40,043 bases of DNA from a virus (lineage: Duplodnaviria; Caudoviricetes), in the IMG/VR virus record IMGVR_UViG_3300037423_001244, positions 1 through 40,043 of that record; one strand, given 5' to 3'. Position 1 is the stretch's first letter. Every line of letters starts with the position of its first letter. The notes under the pieces were generated by a model. That model saw only the letters and a list, made by a program, of their open reading frames with translations, searched no databases and was not told the DNA's origin. Of this stretch, positions 1-8,734 are shown piece after piece. Position numbers and translations under genes: made by a program.

Positions 1-163
1 GTCGCCCAGACCTCGGCGAAGGCCGGCGAGCGCGTGACGGTCTGGCTCAACGGCTCCTTCACGGTCCCCGTGACCGGCGCCGTCGCCGAGGCCGGGCCCG
101 TCTACATCAAGGCGGACAACACCCTCACCGCCACCGCCACCGGCAACTACCCCTTCGGCGTCG
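1..163. repeat. Terminal direct repeat (left copy), circular overlap
   Basis: Identical to 39881-40043 except position 36 (G) vs 39916 (C). Confidence 0.97.
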
Positions 164-246
164 CCAACGCGGCCAAGGGATCCGGCACGGCCGACCTCGA
201 GGTCGCCCCGTACGGCCTCATCACCAACACGTCCGCACTCGCCTAA
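1..246 (+). CDS. Capsid decoration/cement protein (DUF2190-like), 3' part; gene starts at 39779 and wraps the origin
   Basis: In frame with ATG 39779 (MAKNQRYTHNDHIALSAPADITSGQPVKIGQYVGVA...); lies between protease-scaffold and major capsid genes. Confidence 0.8.
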   Translation, partial: VAQTSAKAGERVTVWLNGSFTVPVTGAVAEAGPVYIKADNTLTATATGNYPFGVANAAKGSGTADLEVAPYGLITNTSALA

Positions 247-259
247 GGAGCGACCCAGC

Positions 260-1330
260 ATGGACTTCAGCAAGGAAGGCTTCCGGGCCGCCCCCACCCA
301 CACCGAGCGCGTCTTCGAGGCCGCGCAGCTGTTCGCCGCCGGCAAGTCCGGCGCGAACCCCTTCGCCCAGGCCAAGCTCGTCGAGGCGTTCACCACGGAC
401 GACTTCCCCGTCCTCCTCGGCGACGCGTTCGCCAAGACCGCCGTCGCCGCCCAGCAGGCCGCGGTGAAGGAGTTCGAGGACATCCTCGTCGACGTCACCG
501 TCGACGACTTCCGCCGCCGCAAGCTCGTCGATCTCTGGACCGGCGACGCGTTCGAGACCGTCGGCGAGGGCGAGGAGTACAAGGGCGGGACCCTCTCCGA
601 GACCGACGTCGAGCACGGCGCCGCCAAGCACGGCAAGGTCTACGGCCTCACGTGGGAGCTCATCCGCGCCCGCGACTTCTCCGCCCTGGCGAACTTCCCC
701 AAGGCCCTCGGCAACGGCTCCATCAAGGGCCAGAACAACGCCGTCGCCGACCTCCTCGTCGACACGGCCGCGGGGAACTGGGACGCCGGGTTCTTCGGCA
801 CCGTCGACACGGCCGCGTTCTCCGCAACCGCGCTCGACGCCGCGATCAAGGCCCTCGCGGTCAAGGAGAACCACCGCGGCGAGCTCGTGGACACCTCCAA
901 CCTCGTCCTCCTCCACGGCCCGGCGCTGCGCTCCGAGGTCAACCGGATCCTGCGAGCCACCGAGCTCGAGTCCTCGGAGGTCACCGGGAACCGCACGGAC
1001 AAGACGCGGATCCCGAACCCGTTCCAGAACGTGGTGACCCCGCTCGAGTCCCGCACCATCGGCAAGCTCCTCGGCGCTGCCGGGTCGACGGGCTGGGCGC
1101 TCGTGCAGGGCAAGTCCTCGGACCTGCCGTCGATCGTGCGCACCCTCCTCTCCGGCGAGGAGCAGGTCGACATCCGCGTCAAGAAGGACGCCGGGGCCCG
1201 CCCGGGCGGCGGCGACCTCCCGGCCGAGTCGGGCTCCTTCAAGGACGACACGATCTGGTACCGCGGCCGCGATGTCTACGGCGTCGACAAGGCCTTCGGC
1301 GCCGGCGTGTACGCGTCCAAGGGCGCCTGA
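260..1330 (+). CDS. Major capsid protein
   Basis: 356 aa, AAGGAG RBS, TTDDFPVLLGD and GEGEEYKGGTLSE motifs of Mu gpT-like/HK97-fold actinophage capsids; synteny. Confidence 0.9.
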   Translation: MDFSKEGFRAAPTHTERVFEAAQLFAAGKSGANPFAQAKLVEAFTTDDFPVLLGDAFAKTAVAAQQAAVKEFEDILVDVTVDDFRRRKLVDLWTGDAFETVGEGEEYKGGTLSETDVEHGAAKHGKVYGLTWELIRARDFSALANFPKALGNGSIKGQNNAVADLLVDTAAGNWDAGFFGTVDTAAFSATALDAAIKALAVKENHRGELVDTSNLVLLHGPALRSEVNRILRATELESSEVTGNRTDKTRIPNPFQNVVTPLESRTIGKLLGAAGSTGWALVQGKSSDLPSIVRTLLSGEEQVDIRVKKDAGARPGGGDLPAESGSFKDDTIWYRGRDVYGVDKAFGAGVYASKGA

Positions 1331-1344
1331 CCGCAGCCGTGACG

Positions 1345-1385
1345 GGCCGGGGTGACCAATAGGGCTAATCAATCCCACCCCGGCC
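1345..1385 (+). terminator. Hairpin downstream of the capsid gene
   Basis: GGCCGGGGTG...CACCCCGGCC inverted repeat with AT-richer loop; no U-tract. Confidence 0.45.
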
Positions 1386-1415
1386 TGCCCACCCTTCCAC
1401 GCCTAGGAGGCCACC

Positions 1416-1766
1416 GTGGCGATCGACTTCACCACCGACCGCGGGCAGGTCCGGCTCCTCACCGCCGACCTCGACGAGAACGCCCCGCTCCTCACGGACG
1501 GGCAGCTCGACGGGTACCTCGCCCTCAACACCGGCGCGGTCCTCCTCGCCGCGGCCGACGCGCTCGACGCGATGGCCACCTCCGAGACCCTCGTGGCGCG
1601 GAAGATCCGCACCCAGGACCTCGCCACCGACGGCCCCGCCGTCGCCGCCGAGCTCCGCGCCCAGGCCACCGCGCTGCGGGGGCGGTGGGCCGCGGAGAAC
1701 AGCGACTTCACCATCGTCCCGGCCGGCGGCGGCACGGGATACGAGGCCGAGGAGCAGCGCCAGTGA
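1416..1766 (+). CDS. Head-to-tail adaptor
   Basis: TDRGQVRLLTAD...AAADALDAMA...KIRTQDLATDG motif; AGGAGG RBS; follows capsid. Confidence 0.8.
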   Translation: MAIDFTTDRGQVRLLTADLDENAPLLTDGQLDGYLALNTGAVLLAAADALDAMATSETLVARKIRTQDLATDGPAVAAELRAQATALRGRWAAENSDFTIVPAGGGTGYEAEEQRQ

Positions 1767-2230
1767 GCCCCCTCCCGGGCTGGTCCGTGGTCCCGCCGGG
1801 GTGGGAGGCCGCGCACCGGCCCACCGCCGAGGCGACCATGACCGGGCTCTGCGACATCCTCGAACCGGCCGGGCCCGAACCGTACGACCCAGACCCCGAC
1901 TGGTCGCCGTGGCGCACCACCCGGGCCGGGGTCCGGTGCCGGGTGCAGCTGCAGTCCGACCGCGGACAGGCGCCTGTGGTCGCCGACCAGGTCGTCACCG
2001 CAGCCACCTACCTCGTCACCCTCCCCCTCGAGGACGCCGAGGGGCTGCGCTTCGGGGAAGGCGGGCATGTCCTCCGCCTCACCGGCTACAAGCAGGGCCA
2101 CGCGGGCGACCCGGCCCTGATCGGCCGCGAGCTCCGGGCCGTGCAGGTCATGCTCGGCACCCTCCAGTTCGAGCGCGACGTCGTCTGCACGGAGCTGTCC
2201 ACGCAGAACCAAGGAGGCACCAGTGGCTGA
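1763..2230 (+). CDS. Head-to-tail stopper (DUF6093-like)
   Basis: GTGA overlap with adaptor stop; CRVQ and GTLQFERDVVC motifs; synteny. Confidence 0.7.
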   Translation: MSPLPGWSVVPPGWEAAHRPTAEATMTGLCDILEPAGPEPYDPDPDWSPWRTTRAGVRCRVQLQSDRGQAPVVADQVVTAATYLVTLPLEDAEGLRFGEGGHVLRLTGYKQGHAGDPALIGRELRAVQVMLGTLQFERDVVCTELSTQNQGGTSG

Positions 2231-2576
2231 CGACCTCCGCTCCCTCGCCGCCCAGTTCCGCACCAGCGCCAACCGGCTCTCCGGCCCGGCCCGGGACCTC
2301 GTGCGCAAGACCGCCACGGACATCGAGGGCGACGCCAAGCGCCTCGTCCCGGTGGACACCGGCAACCTCAAGAACAGCATCACCCACCAGACCGCGGGGA
2401 ACGCCTACTACGCGGAGGCCGAGATCGGCCCCACCGCCGACTACGGCGTCTACATCGAACTTGGCACGTCCCGGATGACGGCACGGCCCTACATGGGCCC
2501 GGCCGCCGACCGGCACCTGCCCCTGTTCGAGCAGGCCCTCGGAGCGCTCGGGGAGGCGGCAGCCGGTGGCCCCTGA
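2223..2576 (+). CDS. HK97 gp10-like neck/tail-completion protein
   Basis: PVDTGNLKNSI, YGVYIELGTSRMTARPYMGPA motifs. Confidence 0.85.
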   Translation: MADDLRSLAAQFRTSANRLSGPARDLVRKTATDIEGDAKRLVPVDTGNLKNSITHQTAGNAYYAEAEIGPTADYGVYIELGTSRMTARPYMGPAADRHLPLFEQALGALGEAAAGGP

Positions 2577-2997
2577 CCCGTCCATGCTCTTTGCCCACGC
2601 CCGCGCCGGCGTCACGGCCCTCGCCCGACTCGGCGAGGGCCTCGTCTTCGACGGCGCCGTCACCAAGGCGATCCCCACCGACGCGTCCGGAGCGATCAAG
2701 CCCTACGTCGTGTTCTCCGCCGGGACCGGCGACGTGGTCGGCGACGAGGCCCTCTGCGGCACCCCGTCGTGGGACGCGGTCGACTGGCGGTTCCAGACCC
2801 GCTGCTTCGGCCCCACCGCCGACCACACCCGCCGCCTCGCCTGGGACGTCACCCAAGCGCTCACCGGCCTGCGGATCCGCGACGGGCTCGTCAAACCCGA
2901 CCAGGACTCGTTCCGGGTCGACGGGCCCCTCCTCGACCCCGGCGTCACCCCGGCCCGATTCTTCCTGCCGCTGTCCTGGCGGCTCATCACCACCTAG
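2566..2997 (+). CDS. Tail terminator
   Basis: VFDG...PYVVF motif and position before the major tail gene. Confidence 0.7.
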   Translation: MAPDPSMLFAHARAGVTALARLGEGLVFDGAVTKAIPTDASGAIKPYVVFSAGTGDVVGDEALCGTPSWDAVDWRFQTRCFGPTADHTRRLAWDVTQALTGLRIRDGLVKPDQDSFRVDGPLLDPGVTPARFFLPLSWRLITT

Positions 2998-3007
2998 GAG
3001 ACACGCC

Positions 3008-3229
3008 ATGGCAGACACGCCAACCCCCGACCCCGACCCGATCGCCGAGCCCGTCCCCGTGCCCGACGTACCGGACGACGCGTTCGTGGTCGCCGTCGCC
3101 AAGTCCACCGGCCGGAAGCAGCGCATCCCCCGCGAATGGCTCGAGCACTCCAAGGCCGGTGTCCCCGGCTTCGACTTCGAGCTCCCCCCGTCCACCCGCA
3201 CCGCCAAGAAGACCGTGAAGGAGAGCTGA
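3008..3229 (+). CDS. Hypothetical small virion-region protein
   Basis: AGGAG RBS, ATG 3008, FVVAVAKSTGRKQRIPREWL core; fills the gap before the tail tube gene. Confidence 0.65.
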   Translation: MADTPTPDPDPIAEPVPVPDVPDDAFVVAVAKSTGRKQRIPREWLEHSKAGVPGFDFELPPSTRTAKKTVKES

Positions 3230-3231
3230 CC

Positions 3232-3744
3232 ATGCCCCGCTCCCTGGCCGATGGCCACACGAAGTTCACCATCCTCACCACCGAGCCGGCCAACCCGGCC
3301 GCCCCGACCGTGACCGAGCTCGAGGCCGGCATCGACGCCTCCTGCCGGATCCTCATGTCGGACTTCTCGTGGTCCGCCGCGGACTCCGACACGGTCGACG
3401 AGAAGGCGCTGTGCGACACGGGCAACGCCTCGGGACTCGGCGCGTCCAACTGGGAAGGCAGCATCACGCCGTTCCGGTACTTCGACCCGACCGGCAAGGC
3501 CGACGCGACCGAGGACGCCGTGTTCTCCGCGGTGAAGACCAAGGGCACGCGCCTGTGGTGCTACGCCCGCGAGACGTCCAAGCTCTCCACCGACGCGTGG
3601 GCCGCCGACGACGAGATCTACCTCGGCGGCGAGGTCACCACGGACACCCCGAAGAAGCCGGAGTCGACGGGCTACGTGAAGCGCCCGACCCGGCTCCTGT
3701 TCCAGAAGGGCTACGACAACATCAAGGCCGCCGCCGCCGCCTGA
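3232..3744 (+). CDS. Major tail (tube) protein
   Basis: AAGGAG RBS; PAAPTVTELEAGIDASC motif typical of actinophage tail tubes. Confidence 0.85.
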   Translation: MPRSLADGHTKFTILTTEPANPAAPTVTELEAGIDASCRILMSDFSWSAADSDTVDEKALCDTGNASGLGASNWEGSITPFRYFDPTGKADATEDAVFSAVKTKGTRLWCYARETSKLSTDAWAADDEIYLGGEVTTDTPKKPESTGYVKRPTRLLFQKGYDNIKAAAAA

Positions 3745-3754
3745 TGACAAGACC

Positions 3755-3789
3755 CCTCCCCGGCGCGTGGTGGTTCCGCGCCGGGGAGG
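3755..3789 (+). terminator. 13-bp stem hairpin after the major tail gene
   Basis: CCTCCCCGGCGCG-TGGTGGTTC-CGCGCCGGGGAGG. Confidence 0.6.
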
Positions 3790-3840
3790 CACAACCCCCA
3801 GAACCACGCAGACCTCCCAGAACCACAGGAGAACCACACC

Positions 3841-4413
3841 ATGACCGACTTCGAAACGACCGGTTTCAACGACGGCATCGACCTCAGCAAGGCGATCGAT
3901 CCGAAGACGTTCGACGTCGACGCCTGGCTCACCGGAGCTAAGCTCCCCGAGCACTCCGTTGAGGTGTACGCCCGCGGCGACCTCCTCGCCCAGGCCGACG
4001 ACCTCATCCGCCGCATTGGTCAGGCCGAGAAGGATGAGGACCTCGAGCGGGCCCTCGGCGAAGGCGAGTCGCCCTCCGCGCTGCGCGAGCAGTACGAGCG
4101 CGTCGTCGAGCAGTTCAAGGACTCCGCCCTGACCGTCAGGGTCCGGGCTCTCGACCCGTCCGAGTCGGGCCCGATCCAGACCGCCGTTGAAGAGAAGCGC
4201 ATCCCGGCCGAGGAGCAGATCCTCCACGAGATCGCGGCCGCCGCCATCGAGCCGGCCCTCACGGTCGAGCAGCTGCGCGTCATGCAGAAGCGCATCGGCC
4301 CGGCGCAGGTGAAGAAGATCTGGAACGCCGTGTTCCGGGCGACTGGGGAGCAGCCCGAGGTGTCACCGGCTTTTTTGCCCAGGCGCTCTGGACAGGGAAC
4401 TGGCCAGGAGTAG
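3841..4413 (+). CDS. Tail assembly chaperone (gpG analogue)
   Basis: Between tail tube and tape measure; slippery T TTT TTG at 4371-4377. Confidence 0.85.
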   Translation: MTDFETTGFNDGIDLSKAIDPKTFDVDAWLTGAKLPEHSVEVYARGDLLAQADDLIRRIGQAEKDEDLERALGEGESPSALREQYERVVEQFKDSALTVRVRALDPSESGPIQTAVEEKRIPAEEQILHEIAAAAIEPALTVEQLRVMQKRIGPAQVKKIWNAVFRATGEQPEVSPAFLPRRSGQGTGQE

Positions 4414-4739
4414 TCAACCTCCTCCGCACGGCCCGCGACTGGCGCCGCCCGCCCACCTCGTGGCTGGGCGGCGACGGGGCGTGGACCCGTCGCGACGACA
4501 CTCTCACCCTCGCCCTGTCCGCCTACGAGGAGGGCATGTGCAAGCAGTGCGGGCACCCGCTCGTGCTGTGCCGCGACCCTGAGTACGACGGCTGGTGGGA
4601 GACCAGGGCCGACGTGTTCTGCTACGCCACCGCCGCGACTGAGCAGTGGCGCCGGTCCAAGCCGAAGGACTGGGAGCCTGAGCCCGGGCAGCTGCTCTCC
4701 GCCGTTCTCGATCCGGAGGCGGTCAGCCGGCAGCCTTGA
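3841..4739 (+). CDS. Tail assembly chaperone, -1 frameshift extension (gpGT analogue)
   Basis: The -1 frame from 4377 is open (AQALWTGNWPGVVNLLRTARDW...) and joins the 4536-4739 CKQCGHP ORF. Confidence 0.8.
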
Positions 4740-4923
4740 TCCGTCCGCGGATGAACAGGCCCACCCCGAGCACGCCGATGAGCACCGCTAGCATCGGCAG
4801 TCCGCCGCCGATGTTGAACGCGGCGACGCCGATCACGACGGCGAACACCACCAGCACGACACCGGCGCCCTTGAGCCCGTCACCCGGCCGTGCGGCCTTC
4901 CTCGATTCCCCCTGAGAAGTCAT
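4723..4923 (-). CDS. Small two-TM membrane protein, antisense in the tail operon
   Basis: 66 aa, two hydrophobic helices; TAGGCT -10 six nt before ATG (leaderless). Confidence 0.7.
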   Translation of the reverse strand: MTSQGESRKAARPGDGLKGAGVVLVVFAVVIGVAAFNIGGGLPMLAVLIGVLGVGLFIRGRIKAAG

Positions 4924-4951
4924 GCCCGCAGCCTACCTTGGAGGTTCCTGA

Positions 4952-7807
4952 ATGCCTGCTCAGCGCTCCGTCGTCGTCCGGCTTCGGGCCGAGGTCGACC
5001 AGTTCCGGCAGGGCATGAACACCGCGGCCACCGCGGCGGATCAGGCTTCCAACCGGTTCGAGGGCATGGAGAAGGCAGGGAAGAAGCTCGCCCTCGTGGG
5101 CGGGGTCATCCTCGCCGGCGTCGGCCTGGCGGTGAAGGCCTACGCGGACTTCGACGCGCAGATGTCCAAGGTCCAGGCGGCTACCCACGCCACCAGCGGG
5201 GAGATGGACAAGCTCCGCGCTGCGGCCATCGAGGCCGGTGCCGACACGGCGTTCTCGGCGGAGGAGGCCGGGCAGGCCATCGAGGAGCTGTCCAAGGCAG
5301 GCGTCTCGACGGCGGACATCCTCAATGGCGGTCTCGACGGGGCCCTCTCCCTCGCGGCAGCGGGCAGCCTCGCCGTCGCGGACGCTGCGGAGATCGCGGC
5401 GACCGCGCTCACCCAGTTCAAGCTCTCCGGGGACAAGGTCCCGCACCTTGCGGATCTCCTCGCTGCGGGCGCCGGCAAGGCGCAGGGCTCGGTCGAGGAC
5501 CTCGGCATGGCCCTCAAGCAGGCAGGCCTCGTCGCTTCGCAGTACGGGCTCTCCGTGGAGGAGACCGTCGGCGGCCTGTCTGCGTTCGCCTCCGCGGGCC
5601 TGATCGGCTCGGACGCGGGCACCAGCTTCAAGTCGATGCTGCAGCGCCTCACCCCGCAGTCCAAAGAGGCTGCGTCCAAGATGGAGGAGCTCGGCTTCAC
5701 GGCGTTCGACGCGCAGGGCAACATCAAGCCGCTCTCCGCAATCGCTGACAACCTGCAGAAGTCGATGAAGAACCTCACGCCTGAGGCCCGCAACGCGGCC
5801 ATGGGCATCATCTTCGGCTCCGACGCGGTCCGCGCCGCCTCGGTGCTGTACGAGCAGGGCGCGGAGGGCATCAACAAGTGGATCGGCGCGGTCGACGACG
5901 CCGGGTATGCGGCGCTGACCGCGTCCATCCAGCAGAACAACCTCAAGGGCGACATCGAGCGGCTCGGCGGCTCGATCGACTCGGTGTTCCTCAAGGCAGG
6001 GTCCGGGGCGAACGACGTCCTCCGCGGCCTCGCGAAGGGTGCAGAGGACGTCGTGGACTGGGTCGGGAAGATACCGGCACCGATGCTCGCCACTGCGGCC
6101 ACCGTGACCGGCGTGCTCGGGGCCGTCACCCTGCTGACCGGCGGCCTGCTGACCGCGGTCCCCAAGGTCATGGCCGCCCGAGCAGCATGGATCGCGTTCT
6201 CGGCCTCGAACACCGCCCTCGCTGGGACGCTCGTGAAGACCGCCAAGGTCGCCGGGATCGCGCTCGCCGCGATCATGGCCCTGCAGATCATCGCATCCAT
6301 CGCGAAGTCCACGGAGAAGGCCCGGGCCGGAATCGAGGACTTCAACCAGGCCATGCTTGGGATGAAGCCGAAGGACTTCGACGGCCAGGTCTCCGGGATG
6401 ATGGACGGCGTCGACGGCATCGGCGACGCGTTCGTCCGGCTCGGCAACGGCCAGTGGTACGACTCAATCAACTCCGGCCTCGGCGACCTGACCGGGTGGG
6501 GTTCCCCCATCAAGACCCTCAGCACGGCAGTCGGGAACCTCGACACCTCCATGACGGACCTGTCCAAGAACGGCGGACTCGTCCGCGCCGGGCAGGCGTT
6601 CCGCATGGTCGCCGACGAGGCGGACAAGTCCGCGAAGGCGCAAGGCCGGGCGGGCATGTCCGCGCAGGACGTCCTCAACCTGCTCCCCCAGTACACGGCC
6701 TCGCTGAAGGAGCAGGCCCAGGCCCTCGGGGTGCAGGCCTCCGACGCCGAGCTGCTGGAGATGGCCTACGGCCGGATCCCGCCGCGGATCGCCGCTATGG
6801 CCGAGGCCAACGGCAAGGCCGGCGAGGTCCAGCAGATCCAGCAGCAGATCAACGAGGAGACCGCCAAGGCCCTCGAGGAGATCGGTGTCTCGGCCGATGG
6901 CGTGGCATACGCACTGGACCGGTTCGTGCAGGCCCTCTTCCGGGCCGGTGACGCCCAGCTCGGGCAGCGCGACGCGGCCCGCGAGTACATCGCCTCGATA
7001 CAGGCCGTCGACGACGCCATCGCCCAGAACGGCCGAACCTTGGACATCAACACTAAGGCCGGCCGAGACAATGAGGCAGCGTTCGACGCCGTCGCCGCGG
7101 CCGGCATGCGCAACATCGGCGCGATGGCCGCCAACGGCTCGTCGCAGCAGGACCTGCAGAAGAAGCTCGGCGACACCTTCAACGACCTCATCGGGGTCGC
7201 AGGGAAGTTCGGCATCACCGGCGGCGCCGCCGATGCGCTCGCCCGCAAGGTCCTGGGCATCCCGCCCGGGGTCAACATCGACACGTGGATGGCCGACTCG
7301 GCCAAGCGCATGGCCGAGCAGACCACGGGCGCGATCAACGGGATCCCCAAGCAGGTCACCGTCAACATCGACACGTACAAGACCACGTTCGAACGGGTCG
7401 TCGGCCTGCCCCCGAAGGCAGACGGGTCCTACGGGCAGGGCCTCGGCGTCCTCAAGAAGGCCGGCGGCGGCCTCATCCCGGAGTACCACTCCATCGGCGG
7501 GGCCGTCGGCGCGCAGTACCTCGCTGGCGGCGGCCGCGCCACGACAGTGGCGATGATCCCGAACGGCACGGACACGGTCCCGGTCATGGGAACCCCGGGC
7601 GAGTTCATGGTGAAGCGCTCGTCTGCCCGGTCGCTGGGCTACGAGCAGCTCGCGTACGCCAACGCCACGGGCCGCTGGCCGGGCGCTGGCTCGAGCGGGC
7701 CGCAGGTGAGCGTGACCTACGGGAACGTCACCGTGACCGACATCAACGAGCTCATGCGCCGGCAGGACACCGCCAGCCGTGACGCGCTCGCAATGCTCAG
7801 ACCATAG
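4952..7807 (+). CDS. Tape measure protein
   Basis: 951 aa Ala/Gly-rich; TP901-type core (FDAQMSKVQA, GSDAGTSFKSML); C-terminal GTDTVP...TPGEF. Confidence 0.95.
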   Translation: MPAQRSVVVRLRAEVDQFRQGMNTAATAADQASNRFEGMEKAGKKLALVGGVILAGVGLAVKAYADFDAQMSKVQAATHATSGEMDKLRAAAIEAGADTAFSAEEAGQAIEELSKAGVSTADILNGGLDGALSLAAAGSLAVADAAEIAATALTQFKLSGDKVPHLADLLAAGAGKAQGSVEDLGMALKQAGLVASQYGLSVEETVGGLSAFASAGLIGSDAGTSFKSMLQRLTPQSKEAASKMEELGFTAFDAQGNIKPLSAIADNLQKSMKNLTPEARNAAMGIIFGSDAVRAASVLYEQGAEGINKWIGAVDDAGYAALTASIQQNNLKGDIERLGGSIDSVFLKAGSGANDVLRGLAKGAEDVVDWVGKIPAPMLATAATVTGVLGAVTLLTGGLLTAVPKVMAARAAWIAFSASNTALAGTLVKTAKVAGIALAAIMALQIIASIAKSTEKARAGIEDFNQAMLGMKPKDFDGQVSGMMDGVDGIGDAFVRLGNGQWYDSINSGLGDLTGWGSPIKTLSTAVGNLDTSMTDLSKNGGLVRAGQAFRMVADEADKSAKAQGRAGMSAQDVLNLLPQYTASLKEQAQALGVQASDAELLEMAYGRIPPRIAAMAEANGKAGEVQQIQQQINEETAKALEEIGVSADGVAYALDRFVQALFRAGDAQLGQRDAAREYIASIQAVDDAIAQNGRTLDINTKAGRDNEAAFDAVAAAGMRNIGAMAANGSSQQDLQKKLGDTFNDLIGVAGKFGITGGAADALARKVLGIPPGVNIDTWMADSAKRMAEQTTGAINGIPKQVTVNIDTYKTTFERVVGLPPKADGSYGQGLGVLKKAGGGLIPEYHSIGGAVGAQYLAGGGRATTVAMIPNGTDTVPVMGTPGEFMVKRSSARSLGYEQLAYANATGRWPGAGSSGPQVSVTYGNVTVTDINELMRRQDTASRDALAMLRP

Positions 7808-7816
7808 GAGGGCTGA

Positions 7817-8734
7817 ATGGCCGGGATCGTCTACGGCATCCCCTACATACCGCCCGCGCCGCCGGAGTCCCCCTGGACGGGAATGCCGATGACGTGGACC
7901 GGATGGGACGGGTCCGTGTGGAACCTGTGCAACGGGGCCGAAGGCGTCGTCCTGCAGGCCGGCGTCCGCGGCTTCGGGCAGGCCCCATACACCCACTGGC
8001 GGGATAAGTCCCCCGCCGTGCCCGGGGCCAAGCACAACGGCGAGATCGCCGACGAGCGCGAGGTGTTCTGGCCGATCAAGGTCTACTCGGATGCCAGCTC
8101 GCGGGAATGGGTGGAGCGTGACCGGGCGTTCTGGCGCACGCTCCAGCCCAGCCGCACCGGGGTATGGACCGTCACCCACCCGGACGGGGCAAAGCGGTCC
8201 CTGACCCTTCGCGTGGCCTCGGACGGCGACCCCTCGTTCGACACCATCCCGTCACTGCAGGGGTGGGCGAAGTACGGCATCACGCTCGTCGCGGACCAGC
8301 CGTACTGGGAGGGCCAGCCGATCTTCCGGACGTGGGCCCAGTTCGAGCAGCAGCCCTTCCTCCCACCCACTGCGGGGGCGGGCTACACCGTGTCCTCCGG
8401 CTCGCCGCTCGAGACGGCGACCATCACGAACCCGGGCGACGTCGAGACGCACCTGCGCTGGGAGATCACCGGCCCCTGCACGTCGGTGACTGTCGGTGCC
8501 GGGGGCGCGATGATCATCGCCCCGGTCACCCTCGATGCCGGCGAGACCATGGTGATCGACACCGACCCGGACGAGCAGGCTGCCACCATCGGGGACACCG
8601 ACGTGACCAAGCAGCTCACCAAGGCCGAGTTCACCCCGATCCCCCCGGGTGAGAGCGTCAAGCTCTCCCTCTTCATGGAGGGCACCGGGACGATCCGGGC
8701 CGAGCTGACACCCCTGTACGAGAGGGCCTGGTGA
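7817..8734 (+). CDS. Distal tail (Dit-like) minor tail protein
   Basis: Follows TMP; ADQPYW and ITNPGDVET motifs. Confidence 0.8.
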   Translation: MAGIVYGIPYIPPAPPESPWTGMPMTWTGWDGSVWNLCNGAEGVVLQAGVRGFGQAPYTHWRDKSPAVPGAKHNGEIADEREVFWPIKVYSDASSREWVERDRAFWRTLQPSRTGVWTVTHPDGAKRSLTLRVASDGDPSFDTIPSLQGWAKYGITLVADQPYWEGQPIFRTWAQFEQQPFLPPTAGAGYTVSSGSPLETATITNPGDVETHLRWEITGPCTSVTVGAGGAMIIAPVTLDAGETMVIDTDPDEQAATIGDTDVTKQLTKAEFTPIPPGESVKLSLFMEGTGTIRAELTPLYERAW

